Assembly (NCBI GenBank): GCA_028534125.1
Contig: CM052816.1
Span: forward strand, 15,254,001-15,318,000
Source of the DNA: Lama glama
Lineage: Eukaryota
Length of the DNA stretch: 64,000 nt
Direction: 5' to 3'
The translations under genes and the position numbers were made by a program. The notes under the pieces were generated by a model. It saw nothing but the letters and a program-made list of their open reading frames with translations. It searched no databases and was not told where the DNA came from. Positions 50,272 through 64,000 of this stretch are shown here, piece by piece (within the stretch, counting starts at the first letter, position 1; each line of letters begins with the position of its first letter).

Positions 50272-50476
50272 CTGAGAAAAATTGACACCATAATTAATTA
50301 CTTGTAAATTTTGTTTAATATGATTACTATACACATTTAGTTTCTTAGCAGCTAATATAAATTCAAAACTCACTTAAATAGTAATAAATGTTAATAATAA
50401 ATGCTAAGCACTAAAACATTTGAAATCTATTTTAATAATAATGTACATATTATTTACTTATTTTGAAGAAGAATAC

Positions 50477-50604
50477 CTTAAGTCGATGAGTAGGGTCAGC
50501 CCCATGGGCCAAAAGTAGCTCAACAACTGCCAGGTGACCTCCTGCACATGCCAGCGACACCACTGTATGATCATTATTGGCTGTAGCCCTATTCACATTG
50601 GCAC
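50477..50604 (-). CDS. ANKHD1: ANKHD1 ankyrin-repeat exon
   Basis: 128 nt. Encodes (G)ANVNRATANNDHTVVSLACAGGHLAVVELLLAHGADPTHRLK. Confidence 0.95.
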
Positions 50605-50659
50605 CTGCAAAGAAAAATAATCAGCAGTCTTAGCAAAGCCAGTTCAGACAACATGATTT

Positions 50660-51000
50660 TAAAACCTTTTCTGAAGTACAACACAGACACAAAAAGAGGA
50701 CACAAATCATAAGTATACAGTTTGAAAATTTTTCACAAAGTGAACACATCTGTGTAATCAGCACCCAGATCAAGAAAGAGAGCATTATCCACATGCCAGA
50801 AGCCTCACCTTGTGCACTGTTTCAGTCACTATCCACCCCTTCGATGGTAACTACTACCCTGACTTTCAAACTGGTTTTAGTTTTTGAACTTTATATGAAT
50901 GAAATCATACAATGTACTCTTTTGTGCCTGGATTCTTTTGCTCAATATAATATTTGTGAGATTCATCCACATTATTGTGCATGGTTGTAGTTCGTTCATT
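50660..51000 (-). mobile_element. L1ME-type 3' end
   Basis: cacaaatcataagtatacag...cacccagatcaagaaa...tttgaactttatatgaatgaaatcatac...tgagattcatccacatt. Confidence 0.65.
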
Positions 51001-52177
51001 CAATATCACTTCTAAAATGAAAACTCTAGATTAATAAATATATACAGATTAGTGTGAGCATCAAATAATACCACTGTGTGTAACCACTTGTACGTACTAC
51101 AAAAATATATAACTTTTCAAAGGCATCTGATCTACTTCTAGAATGTGGTGGAAGTATTGCCAGTTCTTAAAGTAGAGAAAACAGATTTTTTTAAACAATA
51201 TTTAAGGGAATTATAATTCCTCATATTGTGTATTTTGAGAGTTAGAGGGATCTGGATATGAAGAAAAGACATAAGATTATTCTCATGTTATCTGAAAGGT
51301 GGTTTAGTAAGTTGTTCAACAGCATTGTACAACATGACCTAAAGAAAGTGTAAATGCAAAATATTTTCTTAGCCTATGTAAATTAACTTTGACCCCTTGG
51401 GAGGGGGTGGAATTCGTTTTTAGTTCAACTACCTTTTACAATCCCAAAAGGACTCAACTAGATAGTTAAGATTAGCAATATTCATTCTTCTTTCTTCTTT
51501 AGTTTCAGACTTACTTTATGAAGGGAAAAATAAACCTCTGAGTAAAACTACTATTAATTTACCTTTCAAAAATACCTGCTTGAACTTAATCCTAACTTGT
51601 ACTGAAGTACCTTTTAGGAAAGGCAAAGTATACCAGTAAGCGTCCTTACATAAGTAATATGAGCTTATTTTTAAAGTTGTTAATAAATTTAGATGGTGGG
51701 ATTGTTTAGCAGTTACTACAGCCTAGAAAGGCTATAATCAATGTGATCTTATTCCTCACACTCCTGATTATATGCTGAGCAGGGTAGTTGTTAGGTATGA
51801 TTAGGTAACCTCTTTAGTAAAGGAGCATAAGAGAACTCCAAAGGTTAACCATCTGTTTATTACTTCTGCATGGTTAAGGTAAACATCTTTTTACAGACTA
51901 TGTTATAACATTATGTAAGATATGCCTTACTTGGTAGAAAAATGTGATATGAAGAAAATAAACCTAGTTTTAGTCAATTAAAGAAGAAAGTATATTTAAA
52001 ATGATAAACTCTTACACCACATCCTTAATGGTACAAAATGTCAGACTTCTATTGGAACATTGGTATAAAATTTTTATTTTAATAATACAACACATGCGTG
52101 GACCTTCCTTACAGTTTAACATCCTATCCTAGGATTTTTTATCAGATCCCAGAGTACCTCTAATACTTCACACAGAG

Positions 52178-52252
52178 TTAGGTTGAACCAAATGAAATTG
52201 CTGATTATTGTTATTTTTCACATATACAATAATTCTATACAGTTCAACCTAA
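52178..52252. mobile_element. MADE2-like mariner miniature element
   Basis: About 75 nt with terminal inverted repeats ttaggttgaac ... gttcaacctaa. Confidence 0.7.
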
Positions 52253-52754
52253 CATTGGTTCAGCAGCATTTCACTTTTCTATAGGAAACAGTCTTTAACT
52301 ACCTTTTCATCCATCATTTGAACTTCTTTGCCTAAATATATTCTAACAATAGAATCCCTAGAGGAATATGAATAATAGATAACGCCCTTGTACGTGGTTA
52401 ATTCAACTGTACCATAAACAACAGGAGTAGGCTTTCTCCCCACACCCTTCTCCATTTCCAGCAGAATTGCCTTATCATTAGGTGCTAAACAATACTCTAT
52501 CTACCAAATATAGTTGGACATTTTACATGTGGCATTTTCAACTTTATGCTGTTTGGTTGATGAAGACTTTAAACTCAAAACTAATAAAGAAAGATCCCAG
52601 CAAGCACCTTATGAACTCTTAACAAAATACAGCAACAAAAGACTAAAATATAGTACTTACATTGTATGTAAAATAGCTTTAACATAAATTGCAACAGTTT
52701 AGGAAATTTTTTTTAGATATTGTAGCCTCTTAGAAATGCTCACTTCTACTTTAC

Positions 52755-52842
52755 CTTTGCTAATCAGAAACTGCACGGTGCACAAATGACCAGCTCTTGC
52801 GGCTTTCATCAAAGGTGTTCTTCCACCTTCAGATTCATGTTC
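52755..52842 (-). CDS. ANKHD1: ANKHD1 ankyrin-repeat exon
   Basis: 88 nt. Encodes EHESEGGRTPLMKAARAGHLCTVQFLISK. Confidence 0.95.
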
Positions 52843-55195
52843 CTAGCAAAGAAACACAAAATAATCCATCACTGCCAATTAATTACCCATCTATTTTAAA
52901 CACTTAGTACTAGTGACATAAGAAATTATGAAGATTTAATACTTACTCAGTGTAGTCACTTATGTTACCTACCTCAATTCCTCCAAAATGTTGGATTGAT
53001 TTCAGTTCACATTAGATGGTGTAACTTTCTAAGAGCAAGTTCAGTTTTGCATACCAAATAATAATGGTTAAAGGCTTATGTTTAGTTTGATTCCCAAAGA
53101 GAAGTAACTGCATTTTTCTAATGCTAAGATTAAATAGATTTTTCCCTAACTCTTCACCTGAACTAAGAAAAAGGAACTTTAGTTTTGTAAAGTGGTTATG
53201 AGGACCTTGATCTCACCATATCAGAAGCCAATAAAAACTCTATCAAAGGATAGTAAAAAAAAAAATCCCTGAAGAAAAACACTATGGTATTTCAGGAGTA
53301 AAGGGAAAAGGAAAAGGAAAAACGTATCAATGAACAGATAATTTTCAGAGTAGAAATTGAGTGCTTGAATAGCCAAAGGCAAAAGAAGCAGTCTTAACAA
53401 TAGCAGAAAGAACGTTATTTTTCCTAGGAAGTTTGCCGGCAAGAGAATAAATGATAAAACAGCTTCCAACCATCCTAATAAACCACTTAAAGCATCTTGC
53501 TTGTATGGTAAATAGCACTGTCTGTTGGGAGACCTGTGAACTCTTACTACATGCATCTAAGTATTAAAATGTAGCTAACAGATGACTTCTATGAAAAGTT
53601 TTCTCATCTATCTCCTCTTTCACTATGTATGCAAACAATAATTTCTGTTGTTCTGGTCCTCTTCTGTTACTAAGAAAAATTTGACAAAGAATGCTGATTT
53701 CTCCTAATTAACTCAGAGAATCCCTTAGCCACCACACAGTTAACCAGTCTATATACAAAACTATATATGATCTACAACTTAGGCAAACTAACAGTAAGAA
53801 ATAGAATAGATTGGCAACCCAATAGAAACTTTAAACTGGACTGCAGTGACAGGAATCTTACTCTAAAAATTTTTTTCTTTTGTCTTGATAGTATAGACTC
53901 TCTCAACCTCCCATAAACATTAGTTTATGCTTTGACTTTTTGTTATGCATATTGATTAGACAACGATCTTTATTAAATCTAAGTTATGAAGAATGAATAA
54001 CTATAGATAACGCCAAAATAAACTGGCTTCAGAATTTTGAACTTAGGTAAATCTAAAATTCTGGCAATTTATTTCAAACAAAACGGAATATAAAATATGA
54101 AGGTCTTACTCAGAAAGACCTAGAAAGTAGTGTCAACTACACACTGGAAAAAAAATGCTCCTTTAGCAATTGTTATTTCCCCTCCTGCCTCAGGGCCTTT
54201 TTGCTTAAGCTGCTCTCTCTTCCCTGTAGCACTTCTTATTAGCTCCTTTTCATCCTTCATGTCTCAAGTGAAGTGTTATTTCTTCAAGGAAGACCTCCTT
54301 GAACTTTCTGGCTAGATCAATTTTCCTATTATTGACTTATACCTCTATGAACCGTTCCTTCATAAGTTCCAATCATGTATTAGTTTAACTATTTGGCTAA
54401 CGTCCACCACTCAACTGTAAGTTTCATGAGAACGGCAACCATTTACATTTTTGCTTACTGTTATATAGCTAATGTCCAAAGCAATGAAGTGCCTGAATAC
54501 TGTTTACCAAGAAGGAACCTAAACACGATTGACCTCTCAAATCTTTCCTCTCATAAAACTAAAGTTTGAAGTTTTAATTTTCTATTAGGTAAATAAGAGA
54601 AAGAAAAGTTAATTTAACAAGAAATTAAGAGTAGTAGTTACACATAATAAGACATTCATTATCTGCATTTGATAATATATTATTACTAGAACATGGGTGG
54701 GCAATACTAATGTCACTTTCCCTTTTTTTCCCTTTCTTAGCTTAAGCCTGGCAGTGAAACCCATCAACATAACTAGATCCTATGAGTAACGGCAAAGACA
54801 AGATTCTGAAAGCTTTGCTTTAGAATAAACTTTTAAAGTAACTGTTAAGTTCTCTATATTTAAAACATTCCCATAGCTGTTAAAAATAAGAAATCAGAAA
54901 GTACTATTCCAAGATCCTCACCCCAAGTGAAGCTTCAAAATTCAAAATAATAAAATTTCAGAAATAAAAGGTGTAAAAAGCTGCTTATTATGTTTCCTTA
55001 TAAATACAGTTATTCCTTTGGTTTTGAACAATATGTTTGAGAAAACAGTTGGTAAAACAATGCTACAACTTTATAAAGTATTTATACTATTTTATGTCCT
55101 CAAATTAATAATGTGTATCAGACAATATGTAATCATTTCCCCAAATGTCTGACCACTATACCCTTCTTTTAAAATAGGAATTAAATTTATTTATA

Positions 55196-55397
55196 CAGTT
55201 AACCCTTGAAAATTGTGGGTTTGAACTGCCTGAGTCACTTACACATTGGTATCTTAAGTACTATGCTACAGGATACGTGGTTGTTTGAACACATGGATGC
55301 AGAACCTTGGATACCAAGGGCGGACTGTAAAGGTACACTTGGATTTTCCACTGTACATGTCAGCGCCCTAATCCCCACGTTAGTGAAGGGTCAACTG
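55196..55397. mobile_element. Tigger2-like TcMar non-autonomous element
   Basis: Terminal inverted repeats cagttaaccctt ... aagggtcaactg, with TA on the left flank. Confidence 0.75.
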
Positions 55398-55599
55398 TGC
55401 TGCTTACTAATCAATGTTGGATTTATTATTTCAGCCAGTATTTGTTCAAGATTAATACAATTTTAGGATATAAATTATTATTTTTTCCCTTCATAAACAC
55501 AAAATTATTTTTGAAGGCTATAAACTTAGATATTGTGCAATTTAACATTTTTTCTTTCTCTTTTTTGGGGAAAAGCTAGAATAATATAGGGATTATCAA

Positions 55600-58550
55600 C
55601 TGCTTGAACATTTAGTAACACATATAATTCCATCTAGGCCTCTTATCTTCAATGGATAGATGATTTAAAACTACTGATTCAGCCTGTATTATGGCTATTG
55701 TTCTATTGAGGGTTCCTTGAATCAATTTTGATAATTTATATATTTTGAGGAAAAAATAGTATTCATTTCATCTAAGTATTCAACTTTATTGATTGTTCAT
55801 ATGATTGCCTTATAAATTTTAAAGTTCTTTACTGTATCATATAGTTATAACTCCCCTTAAGTTTCTATCATTTACCTGTCTTTTTCCCTTTTGAAAAAAG
55901 GTGGGCTTATTTTATGTATTTCAGACTATTTTAAAAATCAGTTTTAATTTTTGCTTTTTAATCCCTATTTTTGTTGTCTTCTATTCTATTAACTTTTAAT
56001 GTCCTTCCTTCTTTGTGCTGTTGTTCCTTTCTTAGCTTCATTTCCACACACACACACACACACACACCCTCTCTCTCTCTCTCTCTCTGCATATAATTTT
56101 CCTACTAAGGACAACTTTAGCTGCACCCTCTCACCCAAGTTTTGAAGTGTAGTTTTTGGGATAATATCTATTTTGTAAATTTTACTGTGATTGCCTTTTA
56201 AACTCATGAATTATCTAAAAGTATTTTTCTTCATTTTCTAGTTGTATGGGATATTTTTAAAAAAGGTTTTATTATTGATTTGTAATTTTAAAACAACAGA
56301 GATCAGAGAGTGTAGTTCATATGATTAAAAAGTTCATTTTACAGACTTTTTAGTGGCCTAAAACATGGACAAATTTTATGCATATTACACGTATTAGAAA
56401 ATAACATATACCATATTTATTGGAAATAAAATGTTAGCTGTCTATAAGAACAAACTTGATTTTTCTGTTAACACTTGTTTGATCTATTTGATCTATCATA
56501 GTGAAGTGTGTGAAAAAAATCCTATTACTACAAATGTAAAACTAATTTTCTTGTAATTTTGTAATTTTCTCTTATCTGGAGGATGGATGTGAGTGATTGT
56601 TACACCAGTTGGGGGAGCATTTATCTCTAAAAATGATTTTGGCTTAAAATTCCATTTTGTCTGATATTAATATTGCCTTACATAACTTTTTTCATTACTT
56701 TGTCAACCTTTCCCTGTCATTTTCCTTTAGGTTTTTCTCCTGAAAACAGAATTTTACTAGATTTTGGTTTTGAATCAAATTCAAAAGACTGCCCTTATAA
56801 ATAGGCTTATATTTGTTCTGATTCATAATATATTTTTCTAAAAAAGAGTCTTTAAAGTTATTCAGTACCTGATTATCCTCTCCTGAACAACACAAAGATT
56901 CTAGCATGGTTTTAACTTTCTAACATATTCTTCTGAATTTCTGTCATACTACTGCTGTCTAGAGTTTTAGTACTACTTTGGTTTTAAGCATAACAATTTC
57001 GGCTTTATACTCACAAATTTATATTTATATTTTACCAATCTCTTTGCTTACCGTAGCTTTTTGCATCCCACGCCTTCCTCCAGGGCTCATTTTTCTCCTG
57101 ATTGATGTACATATCTTTTAGTAGTTCTTTTGGCAAGGGTCTGAAATGGTAAATTCTTTTATTCTTTGTAGATCTGAAAATATGCTTATTTTTCCTTCTT
57201 TGGAATGCTAGTGGAGTACAAAGTTCTATACTGTGCTATTTTCTTCTGGCATTTTGAGGACATTACTCTCCATTGTTTTCTGTGATTATTACTCTTGATA
57301 AGAATCTGTCAACAATTTGATTGTTGTTTCTTTGTAGATAATGAATTTCTCTGCCAGTACCTTTTAAGATTTTTCTTTATCCGGAAAATTCTGATGTTTC
57401 ATGTGTTCTCCTTGGTGATTGATTTTTCTATAAAGGATTCACATCAGGTTTCAATTCTAGAAAATTCTCCATCTTTATCTCTTCAAGTATTGCCTCTGTT
57501 TTCTGTTTCCACCCTCTCCTGCAGGAACTTCAAATGTATGGTAGAGCCTCTTAATCTATCCCCTTTCTCTCAATTTCTCTCTCATATTTTTCATCTCTTT
57601 ATCTTTCTGCTACATTGTGTTACTTCTTATTTTATCATCTTATTCATTCTTTATTCATTGTCCAATACACTGTTTATCCTATATACTGAATTTTTATTTC
57701 CACAAGTTTTTCCCCTGAAAGTTTAAATGTTTTATTACAAATTTAGCTGTTCTTAACTCATAATCATAAGCTTTTGTTTCATTGCCTCACATTGTTTTAG
57801 GGCTATTGTTCATAGTTTAAAATAATCATGTTTAAAACCTGTAAGTTTAAGTCTTTTATTTCAGTTTCCTTGGGCTCTTCTTCTGTGTTGCTGCTTTTTG
57901 TTTGCTTTCATTTTGACTATCTCTCTTGTGTAGACTTGCTCTTTAGCTTTATGCATTTTTTTACTTGAAAAAGCTCATTTTGTATTGGAGTTGCTTTTTC
58001 TTTTATTTCCATCCACAAACTTATTGTTTTCTCATCAGATGGTTTGAAAGTTGCCTCAGTCTGGTCCATTCTAGAAGTAGATCTTTCCTTGGCAACTTAA
58101 GCTTCTGATTCCATGAAGTTATTTCTGTTCTGCTCACTACATCAAATAATGTTGTCCTCCAAGTTCTTAGTTACACTGTTGTCTTTGCAGCTTCCCTCTA
58201 TGAAAAACAATTAGATAATTTCTAACTGCAATCCTGGGCAGTTGCTTGGAGACTTTTCTCCAACTTGCTTCACAGGTGGGGCAATAACGTACGAGTTCCG
58301 TGCTTCAGTCAAGTAGACTATAGATCTATTGGCCTGTTTCATGTAAGATGCATTCCATCCCTATTCCTTTTTAGAAGATGAAATCCCAGCCCCCAGTGCC
58401 CATTTCTTTTAGGTTTAATTCTCTTTGGGCCTATAGCTTCAGCTGTGGATCCATGCTCCATTTCTAGCCCACAGAGTTCTTTAATCCTGTTTCTGAGTAT
58501 AGCTACATATTTTTAATTTACTTTGTTTTTCTCTCGTTATTTTATTTAAT
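55600..58550 (-). mobile_element. Very old, degenerate L1-like sequence
   Basis: Long T-rich tract with antisense L1-like motifs (ttttgtctgatattaatattgc, tagttcttttggcaagggtctg); boundaries uncertain. Confidence 0.45.
56045..56088 (+). repeat. Compound (CA)n(CT)n microsatellite
   Basis: About 11 CA units followed by about 10 CT units. Confidence 0.9.
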
Positions 58551-60525
58551 ATATTTATGTACTTGAAATGATAGGGAGCAGAAAGACTTCAAATGTACTA
58601 ACACTGACTTTACCTTCTTGACTGTAAGTCACTTGTTACTTATATCTAAACAACCTTGAGATAGCAGAAAAGGACTCACTTAACATATAATAACCTAGAA
58701 AAAAAGAACTTGGCCTTTAAAAAAAATGTATTAGGAGTTTTGTGGATTTCACAGACAGTTTTAGGGATAAAGAAAAAATTGATTAAAGTTTTCCAGCTTT
58801 AAGTAGTGAAATTTAAATATATATATATTATTCCTTAATAAAGAGTTATTTTAAAAGTGGGAGATCATATTTAATTTATTAAGGTAAGCTAATTACTAAC
58901 AGTTGAAGAAAAGTGGATAATCTGAGCTTATAAGCCCTCCTAATATCTTATCCATGAAAAGTGTTCTGGTTCTGATGAATAACCACTATAAGAAAAAAGG
59001 TGCATTTTTTTTTTCTACTTGGCTTTGGATAACAAAATTTAATTTTACAGTAAGGTTTTCTTTTTTTTTTTTTAAAGTTGATTTCCTTTAAAATCACAGT
59101 CATGGATACCCAGGGTATTCATGAATATATCTAAGATTGTAACTACCACAGAGGAAGTGTTCCTTGGAGTTGAAAAAAGGACATTGTCTAGGGTGAAAGA
59201 ACAGAATCAGAGGAGAGGAAAGGGAGACTGTTTTATACTATATATGTACTAGAGGATTCTTATACTCTCCCCCAGGGTATATTCTTCCAACTCACAACTG
59301 TATATTAATCATCACCTTGGTGATCTGTTACTGCTCAGATTCATATCGCTCAACAGAAATGAGATGGGAAAAGATTAAGAGGCACTGCTCTAGGGTTTGT
59401 GTTAAGCTCAGTTCCTAAAAACCACAAGTAACAAAGAGAAAAACCAAGCTTATTTCAGTTTGGATGGAGTAAGAATGATAATAAAGCAAAGATGGAAAAA
59501 GAACAGAACTCAACAATAATGCAGAATAACCTAGAGACTCTAGCAATGTCTCAAAGTGCGGAATATGGAGGACTTATCAGAATCTCCTGGGATATCATTT
59601 AACATGCAGACTTCCCACTCCAGATCTACTGAATCTGAACCTCTAAAAGTGGTGCTGGAAATCTCAATTTTAAAAAGTATCCCAAGTTTTGAGACTTACA
59701 GCTACAGAGACAGATTTATATTCACATTTCCTTTAACAAATCCAGAGAGAAAGAAATACTTTAGCTGCAATAACACTCAGCTTTATATTCCTGATAGGAG
59801 CCAGAGCAATTATGTAAACTGAGTAAAAGTTTACATTTTCACATAATATTTTGTGAGAGAAATTTATTTACTTTCTTCAAAATAGAATGAACATAACATC
59901 TCATTCAACAAAGTAAAAATGACGATACTTAATAAGCATTATGATTAAAAGTGGTTTAATACTGAAAAATGTATTTTAGATAGATGCAATCACACCACCC
60001 CCAATTTAAAAATTAAGCACTGCTCCTGAGTTTAAAGAAATCTCTCTGGATTATAATGGATATTAAATTTGCCTGACTTTTAAAACCATCAGGCACAAAT
60101 TCCATACATTTTTTCAAAAGAAAAGAAGTATTTGCTTATGAACAAGTAAATCACTTTCTTAAAAACCAATTTCAGAATAAGATTACAGGAGATGATTTTA
60201 AGAAAATTTAATTTTATAGAAATTAGGGCATGAACAATACAGGAAATGTTTCACTAAACTACTGGTGGGGGTAGTATTTGAGGATTATATTTTAAAAATC
60301 CAATATATCATCCTAAATCTGAGTTTCAGATTTTAGATGAACAAAGCTGAATACAAAGGATTTTAAAACTGAAGACTTTTTCTCTGGGGTATCTAAACTC
60401 TCCTAGTAAGGGAGAATAAAAAGGCACTACCTGAATAAAAAAACTACTTTCACCTAGGTTATTTTTTAGGAATACCACATAAAAGGAATACTAAGGAAGT
60501 AAACTACTAGTAATATAAATCTCTT

Positions 60526-60531
60526 TTTATT
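60526..60531 (-). terminator. Intronic poly(A) signal for the short ANKHD1 isoform
   Basis: AATAAA about 107 nt after the TGA of the composite exon. Confidence 0.7.
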
Positions 60532-60637
60532 GGAACTTCATAATCTTTTTCAATCGAAGAGGATTTCCTTTGTCACCCAGCAAGGTCCTGGAACTTCTTG
60601 GCTGGAATTCAGATATCCAGAGTTCTGGTTACCTACA

Positions 60638-60742
60638 TCATCTATCTTTATGTAGTAGCTTACAAGCATCAAAGGCCACCCTCACCTGATGCTTGGCCGG
60701 ATCTATGCCCTCCAAAATAGTCTTCATGTCCTCCTGCTTGTC
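60638..60742 (-). CDS. ANKHD1: ANKHD1 composite exon: terminal exon of the short (VBARP-type) isoform, or 57-nt cassette (60742-60686)
   Basis: cttttttcctttcacag-type pyrimidine-rich acceptor. Encodes DKQEDMKTILEGIDPAKHQ|VRVAFDACKLLHKDR-TGA; internal donor CAG|gtgagg; AATAAA at 60531-60526. Confidence 0.85.
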   Translation of the reverse strand, partial: DKQEDMKTILEGIDPAKHQVRVAFDACKLLHKDR

Positions 60743-61599
60743 CTGTGAAAGGAAAAAGAAGAACTCACGGATCTTATTCCAAAAATGAAAATCACAGTTG
60801 GCCATGAAGACCTTGTGAGTGGTACTTCAGTTGCTGGGCTTTGTTAAGTCAGGATCTTCAACTAAAAAGATTCCCCATCTGTAGAGACCATAATCTCCTA
60901 AACAAAGCATAATTTTTAAGGGTATGATAATGTGGTTCTCTACCAATATAACTTCAATATAAACCTTAGATATGCATATATAATTCTGCTAAATTATTTG
61001 AACTCATGCCTTGCTTTTGCCTCCAAATACAACTAAAGCTATAGAATCAAGAGCACTATCTTAATATCTAGTCAAGGAAATAATTAAATCAGAAGATTCG
61101 GGAATATCAAAAGTTGGGAGAAAAAGTAGGGAAAATACTGCAAGATGATTAAACAGTTATGTAATACCCCTTTCATTATAAACACAGTTAGTGCTCACAC
61201 TTTTCAACTAAAATGGGAGACTTCAAAGACCTTGAGAGATGGAATATCTATATTTTCTCTAGATCTAGACTCCTATTAGAAAGAAAGTACTTGGAGGTAA
61301 GACAGGGAGACAACTGAAGAAACAGTAATAAGCTTTGCAGTCACTGACCAGGGTCAACTAAGTCTCCAAATACGAAATGTGGCCTAGAGAAGGTTTCACT
61401 CCAAGTCACTCCTACCTTCTACCCTGGGTGATATGCTTACCCTAAGGGGATGTGTGCTCCTATGGTAGAGGTTTGGTGAGAAAGTATTACGAGACAACTA
61501 CATGATTTGAAGAAGCTATTAAAGCTCACTTTCTCTCCCTTCCTCATTCCCATATGATTTCCAGCAAATACAAGCCCTAGTCAAATATGAATAAATAAG

Positions 61600-62650
61600 C
61601 ACAAAGTATCCAACACAGAGCCTATTAAGAAGTTCCTGTGAAACGGAAACAAAACTTTAGTCAAATACTTCCCTGTACTTTCAAATAAAGAGAGCATGAA
61701 TGCTTTAAATAGTTGAACAAAGTGATATAACAGCAAGAGGAAATTTAAAAGTGAGTTGGAAGAGCAGAAGAAACGAAGTAATAATGAAACCATGAAAACC
61801 ACACTAGAAGCAGCAACAAGCATACAGAAAAAATAGTGACCTGGTAGAAGGGCTTAAGAAAGAAACAATGAAGAGGAAAAGGACAATGAAATGAAAAGAA
61901 TCAGACATAAAGATAAAACAAATAGAGAATATCCAATATATGGATAATAAATATCCCAGAAGAAAACAGAACAGAAAAAGAAGTATTCAAGGTTGTAGTA
62001 GAAGAAAATTGGAAGATGAGAAGGAAAAAGAAAAGGAGAAGGGGAAAAGGATGAATTAAAATCTTCAGATAGAAAGTACTCAGTGTTTTCCACGAAAAAT
62101 TATTACAGAATAACAAACACCAAGGCACATCCTGGTGAAATCACAGAGGTCTAAGGATAATAAAAGAATCTTATGATATTCCAGGCGGAAAAAAGAAAGT
62201 CACTTACTTATAATGTGGAATATTCTACCAGGCTCTGGCCTGGTACCAGAAGGCAGCAGAACAGAGAGCTTAGAATTTTGAGGGGAAAAAAACAAGTGAT
62301 TCAATAATTTTATGTTCGGCTACACTCATGTACAAATACAACACACAGTAGTCTCAAAAATGCAAGCAACTGTGAATTCCTTTTTTTAGCTGGGAAGAGG
62401 AAATTCAAATCAAAATACCAGTATCAGTCACCAAAAAGGTGAGTCAAATTCAGGAAAACAGAAATTAAGAGGCTATATAATTTGAAAGACTAGTGAGGTA
62501 GATACTGAATCTACCTAAATATATAGTTAAACAACTTCAAGAAATAGGGCCATAAAACAGAATGTAAATGTTACAAAATCATGACAGTGTAATAATAAAA
62601 TAACTCATGAAAAGTCCTATGGTGGAAGACACATTAATCTCATCTTCAGA
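61600..62650 (+). mobile_element. Old L1-like ORF1-type fragment
   Basis: A-rich sequence with cacaccaaggcacatcctggtgaaat and cagaagaaaacagaacagaaaaagaagtattcaa, resembling L1 ORF1 relics. Confidence 0.45.
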
Positions 62651-64000
62651 ATGAAATCAGTAAATATGGTCTGATATTTAGTTTTTTTAAATCAGTTTCT
62701 TTTTTAAACAAAATATTTCAAAAATTGCATTTGCAAATTGTCTGAATAGCCTTCCAGAAAGTAACTTAATACCTGTGTTTTACACAGTTCACCAAAGTTT
62801 GGGGAGCAATTAGTGAGCAGCTCATAGGTCTATTTGGAACACAGAGGTTCTTTTTAGATAAAATGAAAAAGGAGACTCTGATCCGAGATTAGAAAATTAA
62901 ATCATTTTTTTAGAAAAAGGAAGAAAGGAAGGAAAGAGTTAAAGAAGAAATCCAACTCATGTTAATGAGAATGTGGTGAATCAAAACACCTCAGTTGTTA
63001 ACAGAAGTGTAGTCTGGTTCAGCATTTTTGAACAATTTGGCAGCAGCTTTCAAAATTTTAGACTTGGACCCTCTGATAACCAGCAATTTCAATTCCAGGA
63101 ATTTATCCCTATAGATATATTCATAAAAATAGCAAATATATGTAAATATGTATAACAATATTTAATGTAACACCATTTGTAATATTTAAAACCTGTAATA
63201 ACCCAGATATTTATGAGTAAATAAATGGTTAATAAATTATATAGAACACTGGGTACCTGTGAAAAAGAATGAGAAATCTATAGGAATTGACAGAAAAATA
63301 TTACAGAGAAAAAAAGTTTCAGAACAGTATATGTGATAACAAATCCATTCACATAAAGACATATAGCCCACATGCATAGAATATATATATGCTTAGGTGT
63401 ATAGAAATGTCAAGGACATACAACATACTGCTTAAATTTTTTTTTAATCTTATGAAAGAAGATCTAGTCTACATTTCTATTTCATAAGATTTAATATACA
63501 TAACAAACTGGTCCTTTAAAATATGTTTATTTTAAGGGAAGTCCCCATCAAATCTCATCTCAAAGGAAATAAATTCCAGGAATAAAAAACAAAGGATGCT
63601 CATGTATCCATGTTCAAATCACCCAGTTTCCATTAGCTCAACTATTCTAGGAAAATGCCCACAAAAGCTCATTTGGCTGGGAGAAAAGCAACAAGGGTCA
63701 GAGAACTTACTTTATGGTTAGGGATGAAAATCAGTGCTAGACCAGTATGACATACTCATAGGATTCAGTTTACTCAGTACAAAAGTGCTTCAATTTTTAT
63801 TCTAAAGTTAAAAATAATAAACCTGTAAAACCTATGATCAAATCTACAGAGAAAATTAGTGTAGAAAAAATAAAAACTCTTTCAGTAAGGTATTACACAA
63901 AGAATCAAATATTGATTATATGTGTTTCTTTCAATATGTGACTTTTTGTCATACATACATAAAATGTCCCTTGAAGGATACTAAAAAAATGAGCAACACT

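Noticed and set aside
57295..57726. 143-aa hydrophobic ORF (and similar ORFs at 495-818, 22324-22506, 61581-62128)
   Set aside because: F/L/S-rich translations of T-rich LINE relics or a microsatellite.
1..64000. Prokaryote-type systems (CRISPR arrays, operons, defence islands)
   Set aside because: The window is intron-rich mammalian DNA; I saw no repeat-spacer arrays or operon-like ORF runs.

Overview
Mammalian genomic DNA, probably camelid (inferred from five copies of a tRNA-Ala-like SINE). It covers the SRA1 / EIF4EBP3 / ANKHD1 cluster. Plus strand: the last three coding exons of SRA1 (2630-3977). Minus strand: the complete 3-exon EIF4EBP3 (101 aa) and 24 phase-consistent coding exons of ANKHD1/MASK1 (52842 to 12706; 5907 nt, 1968 aa plus stop; the 5' part of the gene lies beyond the window). 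There is also a composite cassette/terminal exon at 60638-60742. The most striking structure is an intact read-through, dual-coding system. A 110-nt intergenic exon (10008-9899) links the ANKHD1 penultimate exon to EIF4EBP3 exon 2, which is then read in a different frame (ANKHD1-EIF4EBP3 / MASK-BP3). A 3-nt length difference from the recalled human exon preserves both frames. This system is already described in human, so it is conserved rather than new. Less expected: an intronic UBE2N retrocopy whose internal junction matches an exon-skipped mRNA, a U6 retrocopy nested in an old L1, and candidate poison exons in an ANKHD1 intron. Exon coordinates come from reading splice sites by hand. Repeat boundaries and family names are approximate, and all human comparisons are from memory.
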